Source: a virus
Taxonomy: Duplodnaviria; Caudoviricetes
Direction: 5' to 3' (one strand)
DNA: 35,914 nt
Virus record (IMG/VR): IMGVR_UViG_3300043414_000013
Span: 1 to 35,914 of that record
Position numbers and translations under genes: made by a program. Within the stretch, counting starts at the first letter, position 1, and each line of letters begins with the position of its first letter. The notes beneath the pieces were generated by a model. That model saw only the letters and a list, made by a program, of their open reading frames with translations. It did no database searches and was not told the origin of the DNA. Positions 21,926-31,109 of the stretch are shown piece by piece.

Positions 21926-23491
21926 TTATTTCCGCAGTCCAAGTGGGTCGTTTGCAGATGCAGGAGTGCCGCCGGTGTCTTCCTCGTATTGCTTAATAAA
22001 CTTGCCGCCTTGAGTCCCAGCAACTAATTTCATGCCTTGAACTACGCGCTCCCTAGCTTTGGCCTTTTGAGTAACCATTGCTTTGTCTTCCCCAATAGAT
22101 GGAAAAAATTCGTTCATGGTATTAACCAATTCAGATTGACCAAAAGCAGCACCCGAAGTTTTGCGAAGATAGGAAATTGCAAAAGCTAATTGAGCTTGTC
22201 CAACTTTTTGCTGTTCAACATCAGGCCCAAACAACTTAGTTGGATCTTGCTGGGCAACAGACATCACATCTTGCACCAACTTGTCACCAACACCAAACGG
22301 CACATATTTGACAATGCCCTGAACAATTGATGTGGTCACAGGTGCCGTATCAACGCCCTTGCTTGATGCTTTTGCAAGCACGTTTTGCGCTTGTGCCATG
22401 CCACTACCAAACAAGGCAGCATTACCTTGCGCTTCAGTCATTCCAGCAGATTTGCCAACAAACGGCACACCAGCGGCTGGCGCCGCACGGCCACCATCAG
22501 TAACGCCTATAGTTCCGCGAGCGCCTTGACCACCGCCCATTGGAGCCGCAGCGGCAGGAGCAGCGCCGCCAACCATCAGAGGCGTCATTACTCTGGTTTT
22601 TTTATCAACAGCAAAATACTCGCCGCCCTCACCTTGAACCAAATCATGGCCTGGGTTGGCTTTTTCCCAATCAAATTTTTGTCTGTCAAATGTTAGACGA
22701 GCAGCGGCAGTAGCTGCTGTTGATGTTTCTCCAGGCGTCATTCCCATCTCAAACCCAGCGCCACCAACTTTTTTACCAAATGTGGGACTTCTTGGATTGT
22801 CATCTACAAAAAACGAGGTTTTACCATCAGTTACCCTTTTGGGCGTAGGCGCTATGCTTTTTTCAAACTCAGTTTGCCCAAGTGTTGAGCGCTGCATAAA
22901 CTGAGCAATTGCTGCTGGGCCTTTAGCAACAGCAGCCTCAATTGCTCCTTGCGTTTGTTCTGCTGTAGAGCCACTAGCGCGAAGCGTATCACCCAACAAT
23001 CCTTGATGATTAGACTGATGCCATGCTAACAATTGCTCCCTAACATCTGGACTTGTGGGATCAATTTGATTCAGTCGTTCCTTGGATTGCTTTAATTGCG
23101 CTTCTACCGCTTGTGTTGTTTTCAACGCCAAATCTGGAGACTGCGCTGCAATTTCACCAACCAATTTTTTCTGTTTAAGTGCTGCTTCTTGTTGATCCAA
23201 ACGTGTTTTCTCAAGCGCAGGTATTTGACTACCTGCACCAGCAGCGCCCAAATATCTGCGAACTTTTGCGTAATCCATCTCACCCGTGTCTGGATTTACA
23301 CCACCAGCATACGCAGCATTCAAAGCATTTGCTTGCACATCAGCCCGTTGAGCTTGTGCAAGTTGGTACTGAGCCAAAGCATTCTGGTTCTGACCAACAT
23401 TCAATTGTTGCATCTTTGCATATTGAGCAAAGGGATCAATTTGCGCTTGGGGTTGGTAGCCCTGTGCAATTAGTGCATTTAGATCAGCCAT
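21926..23491 (-). CDS. Ejection protein (P22 gp20 position)
   Basis: Gln/Ala-rich; LRKTSGAA..E....FFP..G motif; synteny. Confidence 0.7.
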   Translation of the reverse strand: MADLNALIAQGYQPQAQIDPFAQYAKMQQLNVGQNQNALAQYQLAQAQRADVQANALNAAYAGGVNPDTGEMDYAKVRRYLGAAGAGSQIPALEKTRLDQQEAALKQKKLVGEIAAQSPDLALKTTQAVEAQLKQSKERLNQIDPTSPDVREQLLAWHQSNHQGLLGDTLRASGSTAEQTQGAIEAAVAKGPAAIAQFMQRSTLGQTEFEKSIAPTPKRVTDGKTSFFVDDNPRSPTFGKKVGGAGFEMGMTPGETSTAATAAARLTFDRQKFDWEKANPGHDLVQGEGGEYFAVDKKTRVMTPLMVGGAAPAAAAPMGGGQGARGTIGVTDGGRAAPAAGVPFVGKSAGMTEAQGNAALFGSGMAQAQNVLAKASSKGVDTAPVTTSIVQGIVKYVPFGVGDKLVQDVMSVAQQDPTKLFGPDVEQQKVGQAQLAFAISYLRKTSGAAFGQSELVNTMNEFFPSIGEDKAMVTQKAKARERVVQGMKLVAGTQGGKFIKQYEEDTGGTPASANDPLGLRK

Positions 23492-23501
23492 TATTTATTC
23501 C

Positions 23502-24431
23502 TTACGTTTCTTGATCATAAGCAAACCGTGCATATGGATTTATCATTGTGTTCTGAGGCGTCATATATGACGGCTGACTAACGGCTGGAATTTTATTTTG
23601 AGCCAACCAATTGTTAAAGTTGCTTTGATTTTGATACGCGCTTGCAGTAGACCCAAGAGTGTTTGCCAAAGTATTGGCAGCGCCTAAAGTTCCAGCAGCA
23701 GTTGCAGCGCCCGCACTTGTAATTGCATTACCTGCGTTGGTAGCATAGTTGCCAGCACCGGCTGCTTGGTTACTAGCAGCAGCCTGACCTGTTGACATTA
23801 AATTTCCCAAAGACTGAAGCCGTGCTGCTCGTTCAGCTTGGTATCGAGCAAACGCATTGCCGTACTCTTGCGAAGCCAACCCTTGAGAATAATCTTGGGC
23901 ACCCATCATGGTTCGGCCAGACACCGCACCACCTTTGGCTCGGGCATTGCTTTGCAATTGTTTCATGCCTTCACTTAATCGAAAGGCATAGCCTGGATCT
24001 GCCTTGTAGTCAGCCATGCTAAAATCTCTGCCGTACTTTCCATAATCGGCAGCGTTGACATCACCACCGACGTACGGGCCAGCCGTTACGTTAGACAATG
24101 CACCGCCAACACCGCCAAGAAATCCACCGCCGCCACCACCAGCCGGTGGCTGACCGCCAAGGCCCAGAAGTGTCATTAGTCGGTTTTGACCAATCAAACC
24201 TGCTTGACGGTATGGGTCTTGCAGCCTCATCTGCTCGTCAAACATTTGCTTTTGCAAGGCACCAGATTCTCTTGCTGCATCAGCTTGTGTCTGAGCAGCT
24301 TGTCCAGCGGCTTTTGATGTGCCCAATGCAGAACCTAAACCAAGGCCAAGCATTCCACCAGTAGCCATAGTTAGGCCACCAACTCCAGCGTACCCTAAAG
24401 CAGCGCCGCCTGCGGCAAGTAAGAATGTCAT
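23502..24431 (-). CDS. Ejection / DNA transfer protein (P22 gp7-like)
   Basis: Gly/Ala-rich hydrophobic N-terminus, PYRQAG, DPGYAFRLSEG, YSQGLASQEY.NAF.RY. Confidence 0.8.
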   Translation of the reverse strand: MTFLLAAGGAALGYAGVGGLTMATGGMLGLGLGSALGTSKAAGQAAQTQADAARESGALQKQMFDEQMRLQDPYRQAGLIGQNRLMTLLGLGGQPPAGGGGGGFLGGVGGALSNVTAGPYVGGDVNAADYGKYGRDFSMADYKADPGYAFRLSEGMKQLQSNARAKGGAVSGRTMMGAQDYSQGLASQEYGNAFARYQAERAARLQSLGNLMSTGQAAASNQAAGAGNYATNAGNAITSAGAATAAGTLGAANTLANTLGSTASAYQNQSNFNNWLAQNKIPAVSQPSYMTPQNTMINPYARFAYDQET

Positions 24432-24856
24432 GCTAATTCCTTCGCTTTAATCTTGTTGCCAACGCCAAACATGGATTCAGGATCATGTTCCACTAATTCA
24501 GCTTCAGCATCTTCTACATTAGTTGATTCTACGCGGTGAAACGTCATGCACAGTGCATCCGTTTCTGCGTATACCGCCCGTTTAGTACCGGGTTTGCTAC
24601 ATAGCAAATGAGGCCCAGTAACAATTTGCACACCGTCATCCGTAGTAATGGCAACAGTTCCACCAGCAATCAGATAAAAATGTTCTTTTTTGTGAACTTT
24701 GCCAACAATTAGAATGCCAGCTTCACGAAAAACTTCCCGGCAGTACATTCCACCATGGAACGTATGCTTGGTGATTGGCTCATACTGCGGAATTTTTAAA
24801 AGTTCCGCTTGTAATGCCTCAACCTTGCCGCGCATGTCTATCTGTAGGTCGGTCAT
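24428..24856 (-). CDS. Cupin-fold protein, 142 aa
   Basis: Start reassigned to ATG 24856; H.F..GMY.RE....G..IVGKVHKKEH..PGTKR...TFH. Confidence 0.7.
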   Translation of the reverse strand: MTDLQIDMRGKVEALQAELLKIPQYEPITKHTFHGGMYCREVFREAGILIVGKVHKKEHFYLIAGGTVAITTDDGVQIVTGPHLLCSKPGTKRAVYAETDALCMTFHRVESTNVEDAEAELVEHDPESMFGVGNKIKAKELA

Positions 24857-24857
24857 G

Positions 24858-25466
24858 TCACTCCAGTAACAGGCAGTTGTTAGCCGCAGCCTGCATAATA
24901 ATCCAATTGGTGCCATCTGACACCAATGTTGCCCAGTTGCCAGCCACATTCAAAAGAATCGAAGTGCCTGCTGCACCGCCGCCTCGGGGAACAACATTAC
25001 TTGAAGCTGACACCAGTGCCTGCGCTTGGTAGTTTTGAAAGTTCAACTCACGGCCAGAGTACGATGTTGGCGTTGGCAAAGTCACAACGCAGGTTGAACC
25101 TGCCTTGTTGTTGATTATCCACGAGTCTGTGGCCGCAACTGTGAAGTCAGCAGTCTTAGTCACAGGTGCTGTACTGGTGCTGGCAACAGAGATCGTGCCA
25201 GAACCATTGGTGATAACAATGCCCGTGCCTGCCGTTAGCGTGTTAAGGGTATACCCTGTGCCGTTGCCAATCAACAGTTGACCGTTGGTTGGAATAATCC
25301 CTAGGCCAGTGCCGCCGTTGATTACAGGAGTAACGCCGGTTCCCGTACCTGTAACCGAGTAGATGTTGTTGAACCACATGAACCACTCGCGTGAAACCGT
25401 GTTCGTCTGCACGTCTACCAATGGGACGCGAGGCGCTGGAATCTGCGAGATGTTCTGTGTAGCCAT
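24858..25466 (-). CDS. Tail needle/knob protein (P22 gp26 position)
   Basis: IPAPRVP..D......REWF.WF N-terminus, GGTG...GQLLIGNG..Y fibre repeat, C-terminal beta domain (LVSDGTNW); follows the gp10-like gene. Confidence 0.65.
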   Translation of the reverse strand: MATQNISQIPAPRVPLVDVQTNTVSREWFMWFNNIYSVTGTGTGVTPVINGGTGLGIIPTNGQLLIGNGTGYTLNTLTAGTGIVITNGSGTISVASTSTAPVTKTADFTVAATDSWIINNKAGSTCVVTLPTPTSYSGRELNFQNYQAQALVSASSNVVPRGGGAAGTSILLNVAGNWATLVSDGTNWIIMQAAANNCLLLE

Positions 25467-27028
25467 TAGGCATTTGTCGGTGACAAGACCAGTTCAGCAC
25501 CCATGATGGCAATCTTCACAGGGTCTGTGCCGGAAATTTCATACACACGGTCACGCAATTTCAGCGTCATGCCCAGCCGACGCCAAAAGACTCGTCGGTA
25601 ATATTCACCGATCTTGCCCATGTTAGACCAAGCCTCATTTGACCAAGTGTGACCGCCATCGTCTGAAAAACGCAGCATAACTTGGGGGTTGTAGCCGGGT
25701 GATGGCAAGATTGGGTTTGTTACCAAAATAACGCCATTCTCGGTGGTCAGTTCAATGCCTGTTTGAGTTGTAATTTCCTCTGAAGCATAGCCAGAAAAAA
25801 CATTTATTCCAACGCCACTTTCGCAATCAAGTTGAAGAGTGTGCTGCGCGGTACGTTTGAGGTTGTTCTGTCCGGTGGGCAGTGCGCGCCATGAGCGCAG
25901 CCACTTCTGAGTCTCACCATTGTCAGCGTACACATCCAAATCAAGTGTGTAGATGTTGCCGTTCTGAAAGTCGCCCACTACAGTGTTGCCACCAAAGTTG
26001 CATTGGCAATTGCTGCGGTGTCGAGTAAATTCACCATTGTCAAACCCTGCGCGCTCATGCCAGGCTTGGGTAGCCACATCGTAGACCCAAGTGGCGTTTG
26101 CGCTAGGAAACGTCAGCACATAAAAAGCATGGCCTTCTTGCTGATAGGTGTAGGCCAGCGCATTAGCCAAGTTACCGTACTGGGCAATCGCGTACTCAAT
26201 AGCATGGGTAGACACTCGGACACCAGCATAGCCGTTGGCTTTGTAGACGATGCCTTGTCCACGGGGGTCTGTGCCAAGCCAGAACAGGCTATTGTCCAAC
26301 TTGGCAATTGAGAATGCGGCTACACAGCCAATCTCGTTAAAAGCACCTTGAATGGGCGACAGTGGGAATCCCGTAAGGCCAGCGTCATACCAGACTTCAG
26401 TAGTATCTGTGCCGTACACCCAAAGCTGCCGGTGATCCGAAATAACACCTACTACGCCATCGGGTGATCCATCAGCGGTGGCGACTGTAAGTGGGTCAAA
26501 CACCAAAGGGTAGATGTAATCACCCGTAACTGCATCTTGGGAAATCACTGACCATATCCGCTGGCTGTCTGGCTCGTTAAACACAAACAGCAAGTTGATA
26601 TAGGTCACAGTCACAGCACCCACAAAGTTAGGGTCGGTGATTTGGTCAAACTCGCCCGTGGGCTCGTAATAGGTGTAGCTTGGGCCGTTACAGGCAAAGA
26701 AGATTGTTGCCCCATTGTCTGCAATTGAAACAGGGCCGGTGCCGGATACATCGCCAATCTTGACAGGTGTAGCTGTCAACCCTGTGAGCTTGTAGACCTC
26801 GGTGCCTGAGACAACGTAGAAGTCAGTGCCATTGGTCTGGTGCGCCCACAACCCACGGATAGGGCCGGTGCCTACGGTTTGCAGGAAGTTCAGACCTGGT
26901 GCGCGGCTCAGAAACCCGGCTTCTTTCCCGCCCTCGGGAATGATCTCGGGGAACAAGTTGACCATGCGGTTATCCGCAGCGTTGACGCTACGGGCCACAT
27001 ACGACGATCCAAGAATGGGTGTCTTCAT
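25466..27028 (-). CDS. Tail hub / DNA stabilisation protein (P22 gp10-like)
   Basis: RMVNLFPE, RVSTHAIE, YQQEGHAFYVLTFP...TWVYD..T..WHER, SDDGGHTWS, WRRLG. Confidence 0.9.
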   Translation of the reverse strand: MKTPILGSSYVARSVNAADNRMVNLFPEIIPEGGKEAGFLSRAPGLNFLQTVGTGPIRGLWAHQTNGTDFYVVSGTEVYKLTGLTATPVKIGDVSGTGPVSIADNGATIFFACNGPSYTYYEPTGEFDQITDPNFVGAVTVTYINLLFVFNEPDSQRIWSVISQDAVTGDYIYPLVFDPLTVATADGSPDGVVGVISDHRQLWVYGTDTTEVWYDAGLTGFPLSPIQGAFNEIGCVAAFSIAKLDNSLFWLGTDPRGQGIVYKANGYAGVRVSTHAIEYAIAQYGNLANALAYTYQQEGHAFYVLTFPSANATWVYDVATQAWHERAGFDNGEFTRHRSNCQCNFGGNTVVGDFQNGNIYTLDLDVYADNGETQKWLRSWRALPTGQNNLKRTAQHTLQLDCESGVGINVFSGYASEEITTQTGIELTTENGVILVTNPILPSPGYNPQVMLRFSDDGGHTWSNEAWSNMGKIGEYYRRVFWRRLGMTLKLRDRVYEISGTDPVKIAIMGAELVLSPTNA

Positions 27029-27046
27029 GGTTTAGGTTATTGTCAA

Positions 27047-27976
27047 TTAAGCAACTGCGCCACTGATGACGGCAAAGTTAAAAACCGGAGTTTCAGTAGT
27101 CGTGCCGCCTGTGGTTCGGAACGTAATGTTAAAACTTCCTGCTGCTACTGCTGTAACCATCAAGTCGTACAAGTCTGTACCTGACTTTTGGTTAAGAATA
27201 ATGACATCAGTTGCAGCAACCGTATTGTTGCTCACAGTAAATGTGGTGGCTGTGGTAGTGCCAGCCGCGCTAAACAAAGTGATTGCGCCTGTTGGCTTGT
27301 TCAACAACACAGTATTTGTTCGTGATGTTGCTTGCGTTACCGTGCCGCCAGCACCTGTCGTATAACCAGTTTTTCCAGAACTGTTGTTGACTAAAACATT
27401 ACCCGCAGCAGTCAATGCGCCATTGAATGTGGCGTCTGCCCCATTCCAGTAAGCGCAAACATTTCCATCACCATCGCTCAATACAACATAGTTGCTGCCT
27501 GTCAAGCTGATAGGTGCGCCCAAACCGCTGTAGTTTCCGATGATGGTGTTCTTGGCTCCGCTGGTAATCGAGCCGCCTGCATTTCGCCCCACGCCCGTGT
27601 TAAAACTTCCGGTGGCTGCACCTAATGCCAACAGACCCACAGCTACGTTGTTTGAGCCAGCTACATTTGCAATCATTGCGCCAAAACCCACGGCCACATT
27701 GCTTATGCCGGTAGTGTTTGCTTTTAATGAATCAGCCCCGACGGCCACATTGCCATTGCCGGTAGTGTTTACCAAAAAAGAATCATTACCTATCGTTGTG
27801 TTGGTAAGGCCGCTACTAGGGCCAACACCCAATGCAACACGGTTTATCTTGTTAACAGAATTAAACAAATTAGCATTTGTGATTTGACTTGTAACGCCGT
27901 TCTGAACGACTGGGATAACGTCACCCACAAGGCCAGTTGTAACCACCGGCAACGAGGAGATTGCAATAGTGCTCAT
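27047..27976 (-). CDS. Fibre protein: ISxLP N-domain + 17-aa NVAVG beta-roll repeats + C-terminal beta domain
   Basis: MSTIAISSLP..IPVVQ.G.T.QI; NVAVG repeats; C-terminus similar to 28942..29358. Confidence 0.7.
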   Translation of the reverse strand: MSTIAISSLPVVTTGLVGDVIPVVQNGVTSQITNANLFNSVNKINRVALGVGPSSGLTNTTIGNDSFLVNTTGNGNVAVGADSLKANTTGISNVAVGFGAMIANVAGSNNVAVGLLALGAATGSFNTGVGRNAGGSITSGAKNTIIGNYSGLGAPISLTGSNYVVLSDGDGNVCAYWNGADATFNGALTAAGNVLVNNSSGKTGYTTGAGGTVTQATSRTNTVLLNKPTGAITLFSAAGTTTATTFTVSNNTVAATDVIILNQKSGTDLYDLMVTAVAAGSFNITFRTTGGTTTETPVFNFAVISGAVA

Positions 27977-27977
27977 A

Positions 27978-28694
27978 TCAATAGTTTCCTGCGTAGATGT
28001 TGAACCGTTGACGAGTTGCCACCAGCGAGTACGGCATGGACATGATGTCGTCTGGGTTGTTGATGCGCTTAAGATCGCGCTTGCTGGTCATGGCAATGCG
28101 CTGCACTTGGGGGCTAGGCTCAACGCCAAACTCAGGTGCAAACTCCATTGCCAGACAGTAGGTAAACGCCCGCAGGTAACCCGGTGGATAGAACAATTCC
28201 GTTGCTAGATTGGCAGGCTGATTTAACTCTTGCACCGACACAAAGTGCCACTCCAAGTCCCGTGTGGGGCGTGGATAGATGGACATCGTAATGTCGGGAA
28301 ATCCCATGTTTGTGAAGATCACCTGTGGGTAGGTGGAGGTCACGGTCTTAACCGCAATACCGTTGTACTGCTGCTGATTGATGAACTTGATACCGAAAGA
28401 CACGTTGGTGCCTGGGTCACGGTAGTAAGTGGCTTCATCTAGCAACACAGGGCGCAAGCCAATGAAGTCACCCGATGGGCCAAGGGTGCGGGTGATAAGG
28501 CCAGCAGGCCAAGTAAATATCTGGTCTTGGGTGCAGAAAACCGCCAAACGCTCAATTGACCATGAGTCAATCATCTGATTTAAGGCAACCAGCGCGTCTT
28601 GCGAGGTAGCTGCCGATGGCGTTTCACCTTCGGCTAGGACACCGAGCAGTCGGAGTGCCCTGTTAATTTGGTCGCCCGCCGTGTAAATTGCCAT
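27978..28694 (-). CDS. Head-tail adaptor (P22 gp4-like)
   Basis: TAGDQINRALRLLGV..GE.P....DAL..LN.M.DSW; P.GY..A..Y.LA.E.APEFG. Confidence 0.85.
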   Translation of the reverse strand: MAIYTAGDQINRALRLLGVLAEGETPSAATSQDALVALNQMIDSWSIERLAVFCTQDQIFTWPAGLITRTLGPSGDFIGLRPVLLDEATYYRDPGTNVSFGIKFINQQQYNGIAVKTVTSTYPQVIFTNMGFPDITMSIYPRPTRDLEWHFVSVQELNQPANLATELFYPPGYLRAFTYCLAMEFAPEFGVEPSPQVQRIAMTSKRDLKRINNPDDIMSMPYSLVATRQRFNIYAGNY

Positions 28695-28695
28695 G

Positions 28696-28899
28696 TCAGA
28701 TTTCCTCGGTTACAGCCCTGCGCGTGTACTTGCGTTTGATGTTCAACGCATTGATTGGCAACTCATCCTCTGGTTTAGAGGTTGGAGCAGGCTCGTCTGG
28801 ATTGTACCGCGACCAGCCATTTGATTCATCATAAACGGCTTCAAGTTCCATAGTGGCAACTTTTCGCCCGTGGACAGGGTGCATTAAATAGATGTTCAT
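28696..28899 (-). CDS. Small conserved protein (YL.HP.HG.KVA..E.EA..DE.NGW), 67 aa
   Basis: ATG 28899; lies between the decoration genes and the gp4-like gene. Confidence 0.75.
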   Translation of the reverse strand: MNIYLMHPVHGRKVATMELEAVYDESNGWSRYNPDEPAPTSKPEDELPINALNIKRKYTRRAVTEEI

Positions 28900-28903
28900 A
28901 CCC

Positions 28904-28924
28904 AAAAAGGGGGCCGAAGCCCCC
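28904..28924 (-). terminator. Intrinsic terminator GGGGGC-TTCG-GCCCCC-TTTTT
   Basis: UUCG hairpin plus U-tract after 28942..29358. Confidence 0.8.
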
Positions 28925-28941
28925 CTCTTGTTAGGTGCAGC

Positions 28942-29358
28942 TTACGATGCGCCGTGGATGATGCTGAAGTTGATGATCACTGCTTCAGAATATGAAGTAG
29001 CGGCAGTCAAATTTCGCAACGTAATCAAAGCAGAACCAGCAGCCAGATAAGACACATAAGTGGTGTAAGCGCCAGCAGTACTACCCGTAGTATTACTGGA
29101 AATATTCACAATGATTGTGTCTTTAATAGAAATTGTGCTGTTGGTCAAAATAAACGACACAGCAGTAGCTCCTGCCAACGCTGCGTCGTGCATTGTGATG
29201 CGGCCAGCACTGGTATTTAGCGTAACGCCTGTGGATTTGCTGGTCAACTGCGTTACCGCACCTTGGGCTGCTGCGCTGTAGCCAATTTCTTGGCTTGCGT
29301 AGCAGGTAGTGAACTCAGGGTCGGTGTATGCAACACCGCTTGATTGTGAGTTTGCCAT
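28942..29358 (-). CDS. Putative capsid decoration / head fibre protein
   Basis: Thr/Ser/Ala-rich beta protein; strong RBS; second gene after the coat gene. Confidence 0.65.
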   Translation of the reverse strand: MANSQSSGVAYTDPEFTTCYASQEIGYSAAAQGAVTQLTSKSTGVTLNTSAGRITMHDAALAGATAVSFILTNSTISIKDTIIVNISSNTTGSTAGAYTTYVSYLAAGSALITLRNLTAATSYSEAVIINFSIIHGAS

Positions 29359-29371
29359 GATTGTTTCCTTT

Positions 29372-29392
29372 AAAAATAGGGGCCGAAGCCCC
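29372..29392 (-). terminator. UUCG hairpin GGGGC-TTCG-GCCCC-TATTTTT
   Basis: Directly after the stop of 29401..29823. Confidence 0.7.
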
Positions 29393-29400
29393 CATTCAAA

Positions 29401-29823
29401 TTAGCCAACGCGATACAAAGACCAAGCGCCGTCACCAGTCTTGACAGCACGGTAGTTTTGAGCCGTGCCAGCAGTCGTGACAGTCATCAAGCCTTGTGAG
29501 CCAGACGAACCAATTGACCAGCCGGTGTTGGTGGTGATCGTAATCACGCCGCTACCAGAACCATTGGTGTTGATCACCACAAACTCAAAGCTGCTACCAA
29601 TTTTTGCGCTGGACACAACTGCGTCCAAATCAGTAACCAAAGGCAATGTGTATGCCGCTGCGGTTGTGGTGGGAGTGCCCAAGATGATACCGTTCAACAA
29701 CTGGGTAGTTGTCAGCGTTGCCGTGACAGTTGCCGTTGCTGGGGTAGTCTGGGTGTTCATCTGAATTTCTGCCAGATTGCCGTCACCAATTTGATAACCG
29801 CCTGTGCCGTTAGGGAGAGCCAT
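29401..29823 (-). CDS. Putative capsid decoration protein
   Basis: MALPNG.GGYQ.GDGN..E; Thr/Ala-rich; immediately after the coat gene. Confidence 0.65.
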   Translation of the reverse strand: MALPNGTGGYQIGDGNLAEIQMNTQTTPATATVTATLTTTQLLNGIILGTPTTTAAAYTLPLVTDLDAVVSSAKIGSSFEFVVINTNGSGSGVITITTNTGWSIGSSGSQGLMTVTTAGTAQNYRAVKTGDGAWSLYRVG

Positions 29824-29849
29824 GATAATTTCCTTTGAAAGATGTTACG

Positions 29850-29869
29850 AAAGAAGGGGCCGAAGCCCC
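29850..29869 (-). terminator. UUCG hairpin GGGGC-TTCG-GCCCC-TTCTTT after the coat gene
   Basis: Stem-loop plus partial U-tract. Confidence 0.7.
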
Positions 29870-29876
29870 ATTCAAT

Positions 29877-31085
29877 TTAGCCCCAGATGCGGCAAGCCAT
29901 TTGAGGACGGATGGTGTTGAAGCCATACAGAACGTCAATACGGCAAGGCATACGGTCGTTGTTGATGTCGTACTGACGGACAACGCGCAAGCTAATACCG
30001 TTATGCACTGCGCGAGCAGCCATGTCAACGCCTTGGGGCAGCAACAAGTCAGCCGTAGCAAACGTGATTGCGTCCTTGTGATAGACCAAGTTCTGTGCGT
30101 AAGCAGTAGAAGCAGTGCCCACAAAGGTCACAACAGCGTTGATCAGTGGCAGGGCAGTCATGGTAGCCAGTGCGTGAGCAGCGGAGTACATGGGAGCCAC
30201 GGTCACAGTCCAAGTGCCAGACACAGCGGTTGCATCAGCCAGAGCCACAAACTGGAACAACGAACCAGTGGTTTCACGGGTTTGTGGGTTCACAGCAAAG
30301 ACGCTACCGCAGGTAAACACGTCACCAGCCTTGATGGTCGTGGACACAGAGGCTTGCGACAAGCTCAGAGTGGCAGAACCTTCCGAAGTCACCGAAGCGG
30401 CAACGATGGTAGCGGCAGTAGCGTCACGCGAACCAGTGGTGTGCTGCTTGATCGACTGAGACATGTTGATTTCTTCGTAACCCAAAACGCCAGTACCCAT
30501 CATGCCGTTCTTGAACTGCTTGCTGATAGTGTCGGTGGGGTTGAACAAACCTTTCATGCCTTCAACTAAACCAGCGTTAGCGGCTGGGTTGACGGTGGCG
30601 TAACGTGGGTTCATCACAGCAGCGTTCTCGTTCAACTTCTGCTGGGCTTGCAACAGCACCAAAGAAGTAGAAGGAGTGGTGCCAGGAGTGCCGACGGTGT
30701 TACCGATAGTGCGGTAAGCGTTTGCAACATCAGCATCAATGCTGGAAGCCAACTGGCTGATACGAGGCTTCAACACACGCTCTGCGAAGTCGTCCAATTG
30801 CATGGTCAGTTCAGCAGAGGTGAAGTTAACACCAATGTGCTTCTGGCTGGCAACGGTCAAAGTGGTGAACTGCTCGTTGTCGTCCTGAACTTGCAGGGCG
30901 GCACCGTCAGTGACCAAAGCGCGATCAGGCAGACGGATACGCAGTGTGGAGCCAATTTTGGCGCCTTGCACAGCGAAGCTGTCATCGTACTGGCGGTTCA
31001 CGTTGCGCGTGAGAACCAGGTTGTTTTCGAGAATCTCAAGCGCTTTGCGCGTGATCATGTCAATGGTTAGGATTGAGTTAGACAC
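29877..31085 (-). CDS. Major capsid protein (P22 gp5 family)
   Basis: ITRKALEILENNL, KIGSTLRIRLP, FTSAELT..LDDF, YHKDA.TFATADL..P, CRIDVLYG; GTG start with AAAGGA RBS. Confidence 0.95.
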   Translation of the reverse strand: MSNSILTIDMITRKALEILENNLVLTRNVNRQYDDSFAVQGAKIGSTLRIRLPDRALVTDGAALQVQDDNEQFTTLTVASQKHIGVNFTSAELTMQLDDFAERVLKPRISQLASSIDADVANAYRTIGNTVGTPGTTPSTSLVLLQAQQKLNENAAVMNPRYATVNPAANAGLVEGMKGLFNPTDTISKQFKNGMMGTGVLGYEEINMSQSIKQHTTGSRDATAATIVAASVTSEGSATLSLSQASVSTTIKAGDVFTCGSVFAVNPQTRETTGSLFQFVALADATAVSGTWTVTVAPMYSAAHALATMTALPLINAVVTFVGTASTAYAQNLVYHKDAITFATADLLLPQGVDMAARAVHNGISLRVVRQYDINNDRMPCRIDVLYGFNTIRPQMACRIWG

Positions 31086-31109
31086 AATTAAGTCCTTTAA
31101 AGTAAAAAA

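Noticed and set aside
21925-22023. Programmed frameshift fusing the two large ejection proteins
   Set aside because: The 33-codon open stretch upstream of ATG 21924 has no clear slippery site, and a normal start follows the upstream stop by 1 nt.
29835-30569. 244-aa plus-strand ORF
   Set aside because: Antisense to the major capsid gene with implausible composition.
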